64,000 nt of DNA from Candidatus Velthaea sp. (lineage in GTDB: Bacteria; Vulcanimicrobiota; Vulcanimicrobiia; Vulcanimicrobiales; Vulcanimicrobiaceae), in assembly GCA_965214935.1 (NCBI GenBank), contig CBDCCS010000021.1, positions 256,001-320,000 of the forward strand, read 5' to 3'. Below the pieces are notes generated by a model. The model was not told the origin of the DNA, made no database searches, and saw only the letters and a list, made by a program, of their open reading frames with translations. The translations under genes and the position numbers were made by a program. Positions 39,445 through 48,048 of the stretch are shown here, piece after piece; position 1 is the first letter of the stretch, and every line of letters begins with the position of its first letter.

Positions 39445-40881
39445 ATGTGGCAAACCGTTCTCCGGCCCGCGACCGTGCCTGCCGCCTTAACCGAACTTGC
39501 GCGATCGGAACGCGTAGCGCGGATCGTCGCCGGCGGAACCGACGTGCTCGTCGAGCTGCAGCGTGGTATCAAACCGGCACAGACGCTCATCGACATCTCG
39601 GGCTTGCGCGACCTCAAGTACGTGCGCCACGAGGGTCCTTTCGTCGCACTCGGTGGCCTCGCAACGCACAACGACGTGCTGGCCGCACCGTTCGCGCGAA
39701 GTGCGGCCTTACCGTTGGCGCAGGCCTGCATCGAAGTCGGTGCGCCGCAAATTCGGTCGCGCGCGACCATCGCCGGTAACGTTGCAACGGGGTCGCCCGC
39801 CAACGACACTATCGCGCCGTTATTGGCACTCGACGCAACCCTTATTCTCGCGAGCGTATCCGGTGAACGCGCCGTTCCGATCGCCGATTTCTATCCCGGC
39901 TTCCGCACGACGGTGCTACGGCCCGACGAACTCATTCGCGAAATCCGTTTCTCGGCGCTCACGACCCGCCGGCGCGGCATCTTTCTCAAGCTCGGCTTAC
40001 GTGGAGCACAAGCGATCTCGGTCATCGACGTCGCATTCGTGTTGACGTTTGCCGACGACGGGACGGTCGCCGATGCACGCATTGCGCTCGGTTGCCTTGC
40101 GCCGACCGTCGTACGAGCTTACTCGGCGGAGAGCGTCCTGATCGGTCATGCCCTCGACGGCCGGCGCTGCGTCCTCGCCGCCGAAGCCGCCGCGACGGAT
40201 GCGGCACCCATCTCGGACGTGCGCGGGTCCGCCGGCTATCGCAGCACGACGTTACGTGCGCTCGTTCGCAGCGGTCTCGAGCGTCTTGCCGACGGTCGGG
40301 AGGCCGACGGGTATCCCGCCCAACCGGTCCTCTTGCAGACCCGCCCGCAGAGCGACCCGGCACGAAGCCGCGCCTTGCCGTTTGATGGCGACGTCACTGC
40401 GACGATCAACGGCGAACGCCGCAAATTGCCCGGCGTCGGCCGCAAAACGCTCTTGAACGCGCTGCGCGACGATGCGGGTTTGACCGGCGCGAAAGAAGGC
40501 TGCGGCGAAGGTGAGTGCGGCGCTTGCACGGTCTGGCTCGACGGTGCGGCCGTGATGTCATGCCTGGTACCGGCGGCGCAGGCCGACGGCGCGACCATTA
40601 CGACGATCGAAGGTCTGGCCGACGGTGATACGCTGCATCCGTTGCAGCAAGCCTATATCGATTGTGGCGCCGTGCAATGCGGCTTCTGCATCCCGGGGAT
40701 GATCATGGCCGGTGCAAAGCTGCTCGAAGAACGGCACGCGCCGGATCTCGCCGAGCAGCAAGCTGCCATTAGCGGTAACCTGTGCCGCTGCACCGGCTAT
40801 CGCAAAATCCTCGATGCAATGACCGCAACGGCGCATGTGCTCGCCGAGTACGAGCCGCTACCGGCAGCCGTTCGCGTATGA
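39445..40881 (+). CDS. xanthine-dehydrogenase-family fused FAD-binding + 2x[2Fe-2S] subunit
   Basis: AGGTD and RATIAGN (FAD), then KEGCGEGECGAC, QCGFCIPG, NLCRCTGY. Confidence 0.92.
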   Translation: MWQTVLRPATVPAALTELARSERVARIVAGGTDVLVELQRGIKPAQTLIDISGLRDLKYVRHEGPFVALGGLATHNDVLAAPFARSAALPLAQACIEVGAPQIRSRATIAGNVATGSPANDTIAPLLALDATLILASVSGERAVPIADFYPGFRTTVLRPDELIREIRFSALTTRRRGIFLKLGLRGAQAISVIDVAFVLTFADDGTVADARIALGCLAPTVVRAYSAESVLIGHALDGRRCVLAAEAAATDAAPISDVRGSAGYRSTTLRALVRSGLERLADGREADGYPAQPVLLQTRPQSDPARSRALPFDGDVTATINGERRKLPGVGRKTLLNALRDDAGLTGAKEGCGEGECGACTVWLDGAAVMSCLVPAAQADGATITTIEGLADGDTLHPLQQAYIDCGAVQCGFCIPGMIMAGAKLLEERHAPDLAEQQAAISGNLCRCTGYRKILDAMTATAHVLAEYEPLPAAVRV

Positions 40882-43070
40882 CGCTGATCGGGGCCTCGGT
40901 TCCGCGCCCGGATGCTCGTGATAAAGTGACCGGTGCCGCGCGTTATCCGGCCGATCTTATTCGCCCCGAAATGCTGCATGCCAAGGCGGTGTTCGGGCAT
41001 CGTACGCATGCCCGCATTGCCGCTATCGACCTGCACCGGGCACGCGCGATGCCCGGCGTCGTCGACATTTTGACCGCCGCGGATGTTCCGTATAACCGTT
41101 ACGGTCTGATCGAGAGCGATCAGGAAGTGCTGTGCAGCGAGCGCGTCCGTTACACCGGCGACCGGATTGCTCTCGTCGTCGCGCAAACAGCCGAGGCCGC
41201 AGCGGCCGCCGCCGCTGCCGTCGGTGTCGACTACGAGACGTTGCCGGCCGTAACGAACGCACAGGCTGCGATGCTGCCGGATGCACCGCTCGTTCATCCC
41301 GAGCGCGGAACCAACGTGCTTTTTCACCAGGCCGTCCGCCGCGGTGATGTCGAGCAGGCGTTTGCGGGCGCCGATGTCGTGCTCGACGGGACTTTTACGA
41401 CGAGCTGGCAAGAGCATGCGTATCTGGCGCCCGATGCCGCGATTGCTTACTACGAAGGCGACGCGCTCGTCGTCGAAACGGCAGGTCAGTGGCTGCATGA
41501 AGATCGGCGGCAGCTTGCAGCGATCGTCGGCCTGCCGCCCGAGTTGTTGATCGTCCGTTATGCCAAAATCGGCGGCGCATTCGGGGGTCGCGAAGATCTC
41601 TCGGTTCAAGCGCTCGTCGCGCTCGCAACCTGGAAACTCAAGCGTCCGACGGCGATCGTGTGGTCGCGCGAAGAAGCGATCGTCGGCCACCATAAACGTC
41701 ATCCGTTTCACATTACGACGCGCTGGGGCGCGCGGCGCGATGGTACGATCGTCGCCGTGCAGACGCGCAGCGTTGCGGACGGCGGGGCGTATGCGTCGAC
41801 GAGCGCCGAGGTTCTCAAATGTGCGGCAATCTTCGCCCAAGGCCCGTACCGCGTCCCGAACATCGCGACCGACGCGTATGTAACCTATACAAACAACGTG
41901 CCGAGCGGTGCGTTTCGCGGATTCGGCGCCCCGCAGGCACACTGGGCCGCCGAATCGATGGTCACCCGTCTAGCTCACGCCTTGGGGATCGACCCGATCG
42001 ACATGCGCCGGTTAAATCTCTATCGCGAAGGCGACACCGAAGCGACGCAAAGCGTGCTCCCGCCAGGCGTTAGCGCGGTTGCGGTCCTCGAACGCTGCGC
42101 CGCCGAGGCACGCCGCCGATTTCCGGTGCGCCGCATGCCGCACGCATCGACCAAACGGTACGGGACCGGCTTTGCCAGCGGTATCAAGAACGTCGGTTAT
42201 TCTTTCGGCTTTCCCGAACAAGCGACGGCAACGGTCGAGTTGATCGGTATCGAGCGGATCGAGCGCGCCGTCGTTCGAATCGGGGTCGCCGACGTCGGCC
42301 AGGGCGTGGCGCTTATCGTTCGTCAAATCGCCGCCGAGCGGTTGGGCTTGCCGCTGTCATCCGTCGCGATCGTTAACGAAGATAGCGCGCAAGCGCCGAA
42401 CGCCGGTTCGGCTTCGGCCTCGCGACTAACGTTCATGGCCGGACGCGCGGTTCACGATGCCGCACTCGCCGCACAAGCGAATTTTCACGCCGGCAAAGGC
42501 GGGAACGCGACCGTACAATTCCGGCCGCGCGCAACGACGGCAATCGATCCCCTTACGGGCGAAGGCGATCCGAACTACTGTTACGGTTACGTTGCTCAGG
42601 CCGTTGAAGTCGAGGTCGACCTCACGACCGGCCTTACGCGCGTGCTGCGTATTATTAGCGTGCACGATGTCGGCCGCGCGATCAATCGGCAGCAAATCGA
42701 AGGCCAGATCGAAGGCTGTCTCGCGCAGGCGGTCGGCTTTGCGCTCACCGAGAACTTTCTCATTCGTGACGGTCACGTGCTCACACCGCACTTCAGTACG
42801 TACCTCTTGCCGACGACTCTGGATATGCCGACCGAGATCGTGCCGGTCATCATGGAGTTAGCCGATCCCGCGGGACCGTACGGTGCGCGCGGCATGTCCG
42901 AAATGCCGCTCGTTCCGTTCGCCGCCGCGGTCGCAGGAGCAATCTTCGATGCCACCGGAGCCTGGGTCAGTGATTTGCCGATGACGCCCGAGCGCGTGTT
43001 ACATGCTATGACGCAGACATGCGGCGACCTTGCCGCAGCGCCGACAGCGGCGGCGGCCCGAACGCTGTGA
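40878..43070 (+). CDS. xanthine-dehydrogenase-family molybdopterin-binding subunit
   Basis: DKVTGAARY, IGGAFGG, AFRGFGAPQ, DVGQG, ARGMSE. Confidence 0.93.
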   Translation: MTLIGASVPRPDARDKVTGAARYPADLIRPEMLHAKAVFGHRTHARIAAIDLHRARAMPGVVDILTAADVPYNRYGLIESDQEVLCSERVRYTGDRIALVVAQTAEAAAAAAAAVGVDYETLPAVTNAQAAMLPDAPLVHPERGTNVLFHQAVRRGDVEQAFAGADVVLDGTFTTSWQEHAYLAPDAAIAYYEGDALVVETAGQWLHEDRRQLAAIVGLPPELLIVRYAKIGGAFGGREDLSVQALVALATWKLKRPTAIVWSREEAIVGHHKRHPFHITTRWGARRDGTIVAVQTRSVADGGAYASTSAEVLKCAAIFAQGPYRVPNIATDAYVTYTNNVPSGAFRGFGAPQAHWAAESMVTRLAHALGIDPIDMRRLNLYREGDTEATQSVLPPGVSAVAVLERCAAEARRRFPVRRMPHASTKRYGTGFASGIKNVGYSFGFPEQATATVELIGIERIERAVVRIGVADVGQGVALIVRQIAAERLGLPLSSVAIVNEDSAQAPNAGSASASRLTFMAGRAVHDAALAAQANFHAGKGGNATVQFRPRATTAIDPLTGEGDPNYCYGYVAQAVEVEVDLTTGLTRVLRIISVHDVGRAINRQQIEGQIEGCLAQAVGFALTENFLIRDGHVLTPHFSTYLLPTTLDMPTEIVPVIMELADPAGPYGARGMSEMPLVPFAAAVAGAIFDATGAWVSDLPMTPERVLHAMTQTCGDLAAAPTAAAARTL

Positions 43071-43599
43071 CGTAAAGCGACTCCGGATGCTGCCTACCAG
43101 CAGTCGATCGGAGTTGCTGCCATGCTCCCCTCCTACGCTCGACAGCGGGTCTTAGGCAAGCAGGTCCATCACTGCAAGTCCGATGCCGCAGTTTGGCTGC
43201 CACGGGGCATGAACGCTGCGCTTGCAACCGGACATAACACATAAACGAGTAAGCATGAAAGCGAGTTTCAGCTTACAACCATAGGCCCGGATTTAAAACG
43301 CGCTATCATTTCTTTCGGTGTCGCTTTTTGTATGACGTTTCCAAGCTTTACTACGTTAAGCTGTACAGGCGAGCGATTATTGTAATCGACGAGCCGGTAA
43401 ATCAACGATCGCCTCGGCATCTATGGAATTAAGCTGCTTTCCTAAGCGACGAGTAAGGACGTTACGTCCGTAGACAACGACCCGTTACAAGAGTCGATCG
43501 ATGGAAAGCAATCCACTTTAAATTCGTACCGTTCATCGTGTTACAACCTTCGTCGCCCGGCGCCCGAGCGACTTGGATACCGCAGAATAGAGTTCGTTC

Positions 43600-44559
43600 A
43601 TGGCCATCGAGCAGATGCAGAACACCGAAATGCCAATGCCGCAAACAGCGACGCTTCGACCGCTCGATCGGGCAGCGCACGTTCCGGTGTGTGCGATTTG
43701 CAATTGCACCGCGGCAACATCTTTTGTCGTGCACGGTTATCGCTTATTTGCTTGTGCATCGTGCGACTTTGCTTTCGTCGATCCGGCAACGGCGGCGGCG
43801 TTCAACAGCACGAGCATGTTCAACGACGACTATTTTTGCGGCGGCGGTGCCGGCTATACGAATTATATTGCCGAAGGCGATTTGCTTGAAGCGCATGGAC
43901 GCCGGTATGGTGCTATTCTTGCGAAAGCCGGTGTTTCTAGCGTCTTAGATGTCGGTGCTGCCGCCGGGTTCGTTTTGCGCGGAATGCAGCAAACCGGCGC
44001 GACCGGCGTGGGCATCGAGCCGAACGCCTCGATGGCTGCTTTCGCCGTCGAAGAACTTGGGTTGGACGTTCAAGCGACAACGCTCGAACGGTTCTCCGCA
44101 AGCCGGCGATTCGATGCGGTGGCTATGTTGCAGGTCGTCGACCATCTTGAAGACTTACGACTGTCATTTTCCAAGGTCGATGCGCTGGCAAAGCCGGACG
44201 GATGGTGTTTGATCGAGTTCGGCAACCGGGCCAGCGTCACGGCGCGGCTTCTCGGACCGGCTTGGCACGAATATGCACCGCCCAGCGTGCAGCGTGTCTT
44301 TTCGATGCGCGCATTGCGCCGGATCCTGGGCGATTACGGGTTTAGGCTACACTCGTGGGGCCACCCCGAAAAGTACGTCCGTGCCGATCACGCTCTTTCG
44401 CTCTTACGCTATAAAAGCGGCAAGTGGCTGGGCGAGCAGGTCATCGACCGCCTCGCGCACGTGATTCCCGACAACGCGAAGCTCCGCTATCCGGGCGACG
44501 ATATAACGTGGGCTTTGTTTTCCCGAACGAGTCTGCGCGCGCTCAATACGCCGGTCTGA
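43600..44559 (+). CDS. class I SAM-dependent methyltransferase with N-terminal zinc ribbon
   Basis: CAIC...CASC, VLDVGAAAG, GIEPN, QVVDHLED. Confidence 0.88.
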   Translation: MAIEQMQNTEMPMPQTATLRPLDRAAHVPVCAICNCTAATSFVVHGYRLFACASCDFAFVDPATAAAFNSTSMFNDDYFCGGGAGYTNYIAEGDLLEAHGRRYGAILAKAGVSSVLDVGAAAGFVLRGMQQTGATGVGIEPNASMAAFAVEELGLDVQATTLERFSASRRFDAVAMLQVVDHLEDLRLSFSKVDALAKPDGWCLIEFGNRASVTARLLGPAWHEYAPPSVQRVFSMRALRRILGDYGFRLHSWGHPEKYVRADHALSLLRYKSGKWLGEQVIDRLAHVIPDNAKLRYPGDDITWALFSRTSLRALNTPV

Positions 44560-44579
44560 ACCTGACGGACCGGCAACGG

Positions 44580-45932
44580 TCAAGCGACGAGCGCTCGCGC
44601 TGCATCGTTATGAGCAGCAATGAGTGCGCTGAGCTCGACGCCTTGTAAGATACCGGCATCAATGCGAACTCGGCCGTCGATGACGCTCAAGTCCACCGTT
44701 GACGGCGCGCTAAAGACGAGTGCCGCCACGGGATCGTGCACCGCGGCACCCGCCATTGCAAGCGTATCAAGGCGCACGCCGATCACATCGGCGGCCATAC
44801 CCGGCGCAATCGCGCCGATGTCGTCGCGACCGAGAACGGCGGCGCCGCCGCGCGTCGCCATCCAAAGTGCTTGACGCGCCGACAGCGCGGCAGCTCCCGC
44901 GTCGACCCGCTGTAGCAGCATTGCAGCCCGCACTTCAGCAAGCAAATGCGAGGCATCGTTCGAGGCCGAACCGTCGACTCCGAGTCCTAGCCGCATCCCG
45001 CTACTACGCATCGCAGCTAGCGGCGCGATACCGGAACCGAGCCGCATATTCGAGCTCGGGCAATGAGCGGCACCGGTTTGCGAGCTGCCGAGACGTTCGA
45101 TCTCGGCGGCGCTGAGGTGCACCATATGCGCGTGCCAAACATCCGGCCCGATCCAGCCCAACTCTTCGGCGAGTTCGACCGGACGCCGGCCGTAACGATC
45201 GATGCAATAGCGTTCTTCATCGAGCGTTTCGCACAGATGCGTATGCAAGTGCACGCCGTAATCACGTGCCAACGCCGCGCTTTCACGCATGAGTGTAAGC
45301 GAAACCGAGAACGGCGAACACGGTGCGAGCACGATCCGCGTCATCGCGAAACGCTCCGGGTCGTGAAAGGTCTCGATAAGCCGCTGCGAATCGCGTAAGA
45401 TTGTCGCTTCGTCTTCAACGACGCTATCGGGCGGCAAGCCGCCGAGCGACTCGCCGATCGACATCGATCCGCGAGCAGCATGGAATCGCAAACCAAACTC
45501 GCGCGCGACTTGGATTTGATCGTCGAGTGTCGTGCCGTTCGGCCAAAGATAGGTGTGGTCGGCGGCAGTCGTGCAACCCGAGAACAGCAATTCAGCGATG
45601 GCGACGGCGGTGCTGACACGCATGGCCGTCCGATCGATGCGAGCCCAGATCGGATAGAGCGTTACAAGCCAATCGAACAAACCGGCGTTCTGCGCGCGCG
45701 GCACGGCCCGGGTCAGCGTTTGTGTAAAATGATGGTGGGTGTTGACGAGGCCCGGTAAAAGAACGAGGTTGTGCGCATCGATAATGCGGTCGGCTCGCTG
45801 CGGCAGTTCGGCCGCCGGGCCGACCGCAACGATCGCTCGATCTTCAATGTACACCGACGCGCCGGCGAGCTCGCGCCGAGCGTCGTCAAAGGTGGCAACC
45901 AGCGCCGCATCGCGCAAAAGGAGAGTCCCGAT
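44580..45932 (-). CDS. 8-oxoguanine deaminase (amidohydrolase)
   Basis: PGLVNTHHH, APCSPFSVS, HTHLCE, HCPSSNMRLGSG, GVDGSASND; start uncertain (ATC 45932 or GTG 45947). Confidence 0.88.
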   Translation of the reverse strand: MGTLLLRDAALVATFDDARRELAGASVYIEDRAIVAVGPAAELPQRADRIIDAHNLVLLPGLVNTHHHFTQTLTRAVPRAQNAGLFDWLVTLYPIWARIDRTAMRVSTAVAIAELLFSGCTTAADHTYLWPNGTTLDDQIQVAREFGLRFHAARGSMSIGESLGGLPPDSVVEDEATILRDSQRLIETFHDPERFAMTRIVLAPCSPFSVSLTLMRESAALARDYGVHLHTHLCETLDEERYCIDRYGRRPVELAEELGWIGPDVWHAHMVHLSAAEIERLGSSQTGAAHCPSSNMRLGSGIAPLAAMRSSGMRLGLGVDGSASNDASHLLAEVRAAMLLQRVDAGAAALSARQALWMATRGGAAVLGRDDIGAIAPGMAADVIGVRLDTLAMAGAAVHDPVAALVFSAPSTVDLSVIDGRVRIDAGILQGVELSALIAAHNDAARALVA

Positions 45933-46452
45933 CGATCCGCACCTCACGACGCTCGACGCACTCAACGGCGCCGACGAACCGGCTTTCGTCGGTACGCTCG
46001 GCTTCGTCTTTGAGGACTCGCCGTGGGTGGCCGCGCGCAGCTGGCCGCTGCGTCCGTTCGGCTCCGTGGAAGCGCTGCACGCCTCCATGTGCTCGACGGT
46101 GCGCAACGCACCGCTCGACGTGCAACTGGCACTGGTCAAGGCGCATCCCGATCTCGTCGGACGCGCGGCAGGCAACGGCATGCTGACGCCGGCATCGACG
46201 GCCGAACAGCATGGCGCGGGGCTCGATCGCCTAAGCCAAGCCGAGACTGCGCTAGTGCGCGAGCTGAACGCCGCTTACCGCCGGCGTTTCGGTTTTCCAT
46301 TCGTCATTTGCGTGCGCGAAAAAAACAAAGCGGCGATCGTCAGCGGCCTGCAATCGCGCTTAAACAACGACCGTGCGACCGAATTACGGGCCGCGCTTGC
46401 CGAGATCGAGAAGATCGCGCGGTTGCGGCTACTGGATGTCATCGTCCGCTAA
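45931..46452 (+). CDS. uraD: OHCU decarboxylase
   Basis: FEDSPWVA, AHPDL, STAEQ..AGL, NAAYRRRFGFPFVICV, EIEKIARLRL; no canonical start near the N-terminus. Confidence 0.9.
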   Translation: MDPHLTTLDALNGADEPAFVGTLGFVFEDSPWVAARSWPLRPFGSVEALHASMCSTVRNAPLDVQLALVKAHPDLVGRAAGNGMLTPASTAEQHGAGLDRLSQAETALVRELNAAYRRRFGFPFVICVREKNKAAIVSGLQSRLNNDRATELRAALAEIEKIARLRLLDVIVR

Positions 46453-47648
46453 TGGCCTACACCCTTGATTGGCTCAACCTGGTCGTTCGCTGGTCGCATC
46501 TCATTGCGGGCATTAGCTGGATCGGCGCGTCGCTCTACTTTGTCTGGCTCGACAATCACTTAACGGCTCCGGCTGCGAATGACGCCCGCAACGGGATGGC
46601 CGGCGAGTTGTGGTCCGTTCACGGCGGCGGATTTTATCACAACCAAAAATTCATGACCGGTCCCAAAAACGAACCGCTGCCGTTCGATCTGCATTGGTTC
46701 AAGTGGGAAGCGTACACGACGTGGCTATCGGGTGTCGCGCTGTTGGCAATTGTCTATTGGGCCGGAGCCGGCGCGTACCTGATCGATCCGACCGTGCTGG
46801 CGTTGACTCCGCCCGAAGCAATTGCCATAAGCATCGGCACGCTCGTAACCGGCTGGCTTGTTTACGATCTGCTCTGCCGGGCATTCGGTCGCCGGCCGCT
46901 GGTGCTGACCGCTGCCGTTTGCGCGTTCGTGCTGGTGGCCGACTGGGGTTTATTCCATATCTTCAGTGCGCGAGCGGCCTTTTTACACGTCGGCGCCATG
47001 ATCGGCACGATCATGGTCGCCAACGTATTCTTCATTATCATTCCGGGTCAGCGCAAGATGCTCGCCCAGATACGCGCGGGTGAAGAGCCGGACCCGACGC
47101 CCGGAAAAAACGGCAAGATTCGCTCGGTGCACAACACGTATTTTACCTTTCCGGTGCTCTTCGTGATGATCAGCAATCACTTTCCGATCGCCTATGGCGG
47201 ATCGTGGGGCTGGCTCGTGCTTGCCGCGATCAGCCTCGCCGGCGTCTTGATCCGGCAATTTTTCGTGCTCGGCGATAAAGGCCGGTATGCCGTGTCGCTG
47301 CCGGTCACCGCAGCGCTGATATTAGCGGTTACCGCGTTTGTCAGCGCGCCGGCTACCGCCCCGCTCAGTGCGGTGCACGCCGCGCCGGTTGCCTTCGCGT
47401 CTGTCGACGCCATCGTCACCCAACGCTGTGCAGTCTGCCATGCCGCGCATCCCGTTCAGCCCGGCTTCGCGGCCGCTCCGCAAGGCGTGCTGCTCGATAC
47501 ACCGGAGCATATCGCGGCGAACACGCGCGGCATTTACGCCCAAGCCGTAGCCTCGAATGCGATGCCGTTGGGCAACCTCACGCACATTACCGCGGCGGAA
47601 CGAGCAACGTTGGCGGCGTGGATCGCCGGTGGAGCACCGACGCGTTGA
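46452..47648 (+). CDS. puuD: membrane urate hydroxylase with C-terminal cytochrome c
   Basis: RWSHLIAGISWIG, WSVHGGGFY, HWFKWEAY, RSVHNTY, MISNHF, CAVCH, MPLGN. Confidence 0.93.
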   Translation: MAYTLDWLNLVVRWSHLIAGISWIGASLYFVWLDNHLTAPAANDARNGMAGELWSVHGGGFYHNQKFMTGPKNEPLPFDLHWFKWEAYTTWLSGVALLAIVYWAGAGAYLIDPTVLALTPPEAIAISIGTLVTGWLVYDLLCRAFGRRPLVLTAAVCAFVLVADWGLFHIFSARAAFLHVGAMIGTIMVANVFFIIIPGQRKMLAQIRAGEEPDPTPGKNGKIRSVHNTYFTFPVLFVMISNHFPIAYGGSWGWLVLAAISLAGVLIRQFFVLGDKGRYAVSLPVTAALILAVTAFVSAPATAPLSAVHAAPVAFASVDAIVTQRCAVCHAAHPVQPGFAAAPQGVLLDTPEHIAANTRGIYAQAVASNAMPLGNLTHITAAERATLAAWIAGGAPTR

Positions 47649-47977
47649 CCCTATCCACCCATGTCCTCGATACGGCGCGCGGTGTACCCGCGCAAGGCGT
47701 CGGGATCGCACTCTTCCGGCTCGAAGGTACCGAGCGCAGCCGGATCGCGCACGCGCAAACGAACGCCGACGGACGCACCGATACGCCCTTGGCGATCGAT
47801 CTCATCCCGGGCTTGTATGAAATCGTCTTCGCGACCGAAGCGTATTTCGCGCGGTGTGCGGTTGCTGCATTTTTTACCGATATTCCGGTGCGTTTCAGCG
47901 TTGTTGCCGGCGCCGGGCGTTATCACGTCCCGCTCTTGCTAGCACCCTGGGGATATTCAACCTATCGCGGCAGCTAG
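47645..47977 (+). CDS. uraH: 5-hydroxyisourate hydrolase
   Basis: LSTHVLD, TNADGR, YHVPLLLAPWGYSTYRGS; TTGA overlap. Confidence 0.95.
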   Translation: MTLSTHVLDTARGVPAQGVGIALFRLEGTERSRIAHAQTNADGRTDTPLAIDLIPGLYEIVFATEAYFARCAVAAFFTDIPVRFSVVAGAGRYHVPLLLAPWGYSTYRGS

Positions 47978-48048
47978 GGTTTCGACGGCCCAAGCCGTTC
48001 GTCGTTGAGCGTGCAGGGTTGCCCACCGGTGACGCGTATCGCGGTTTG

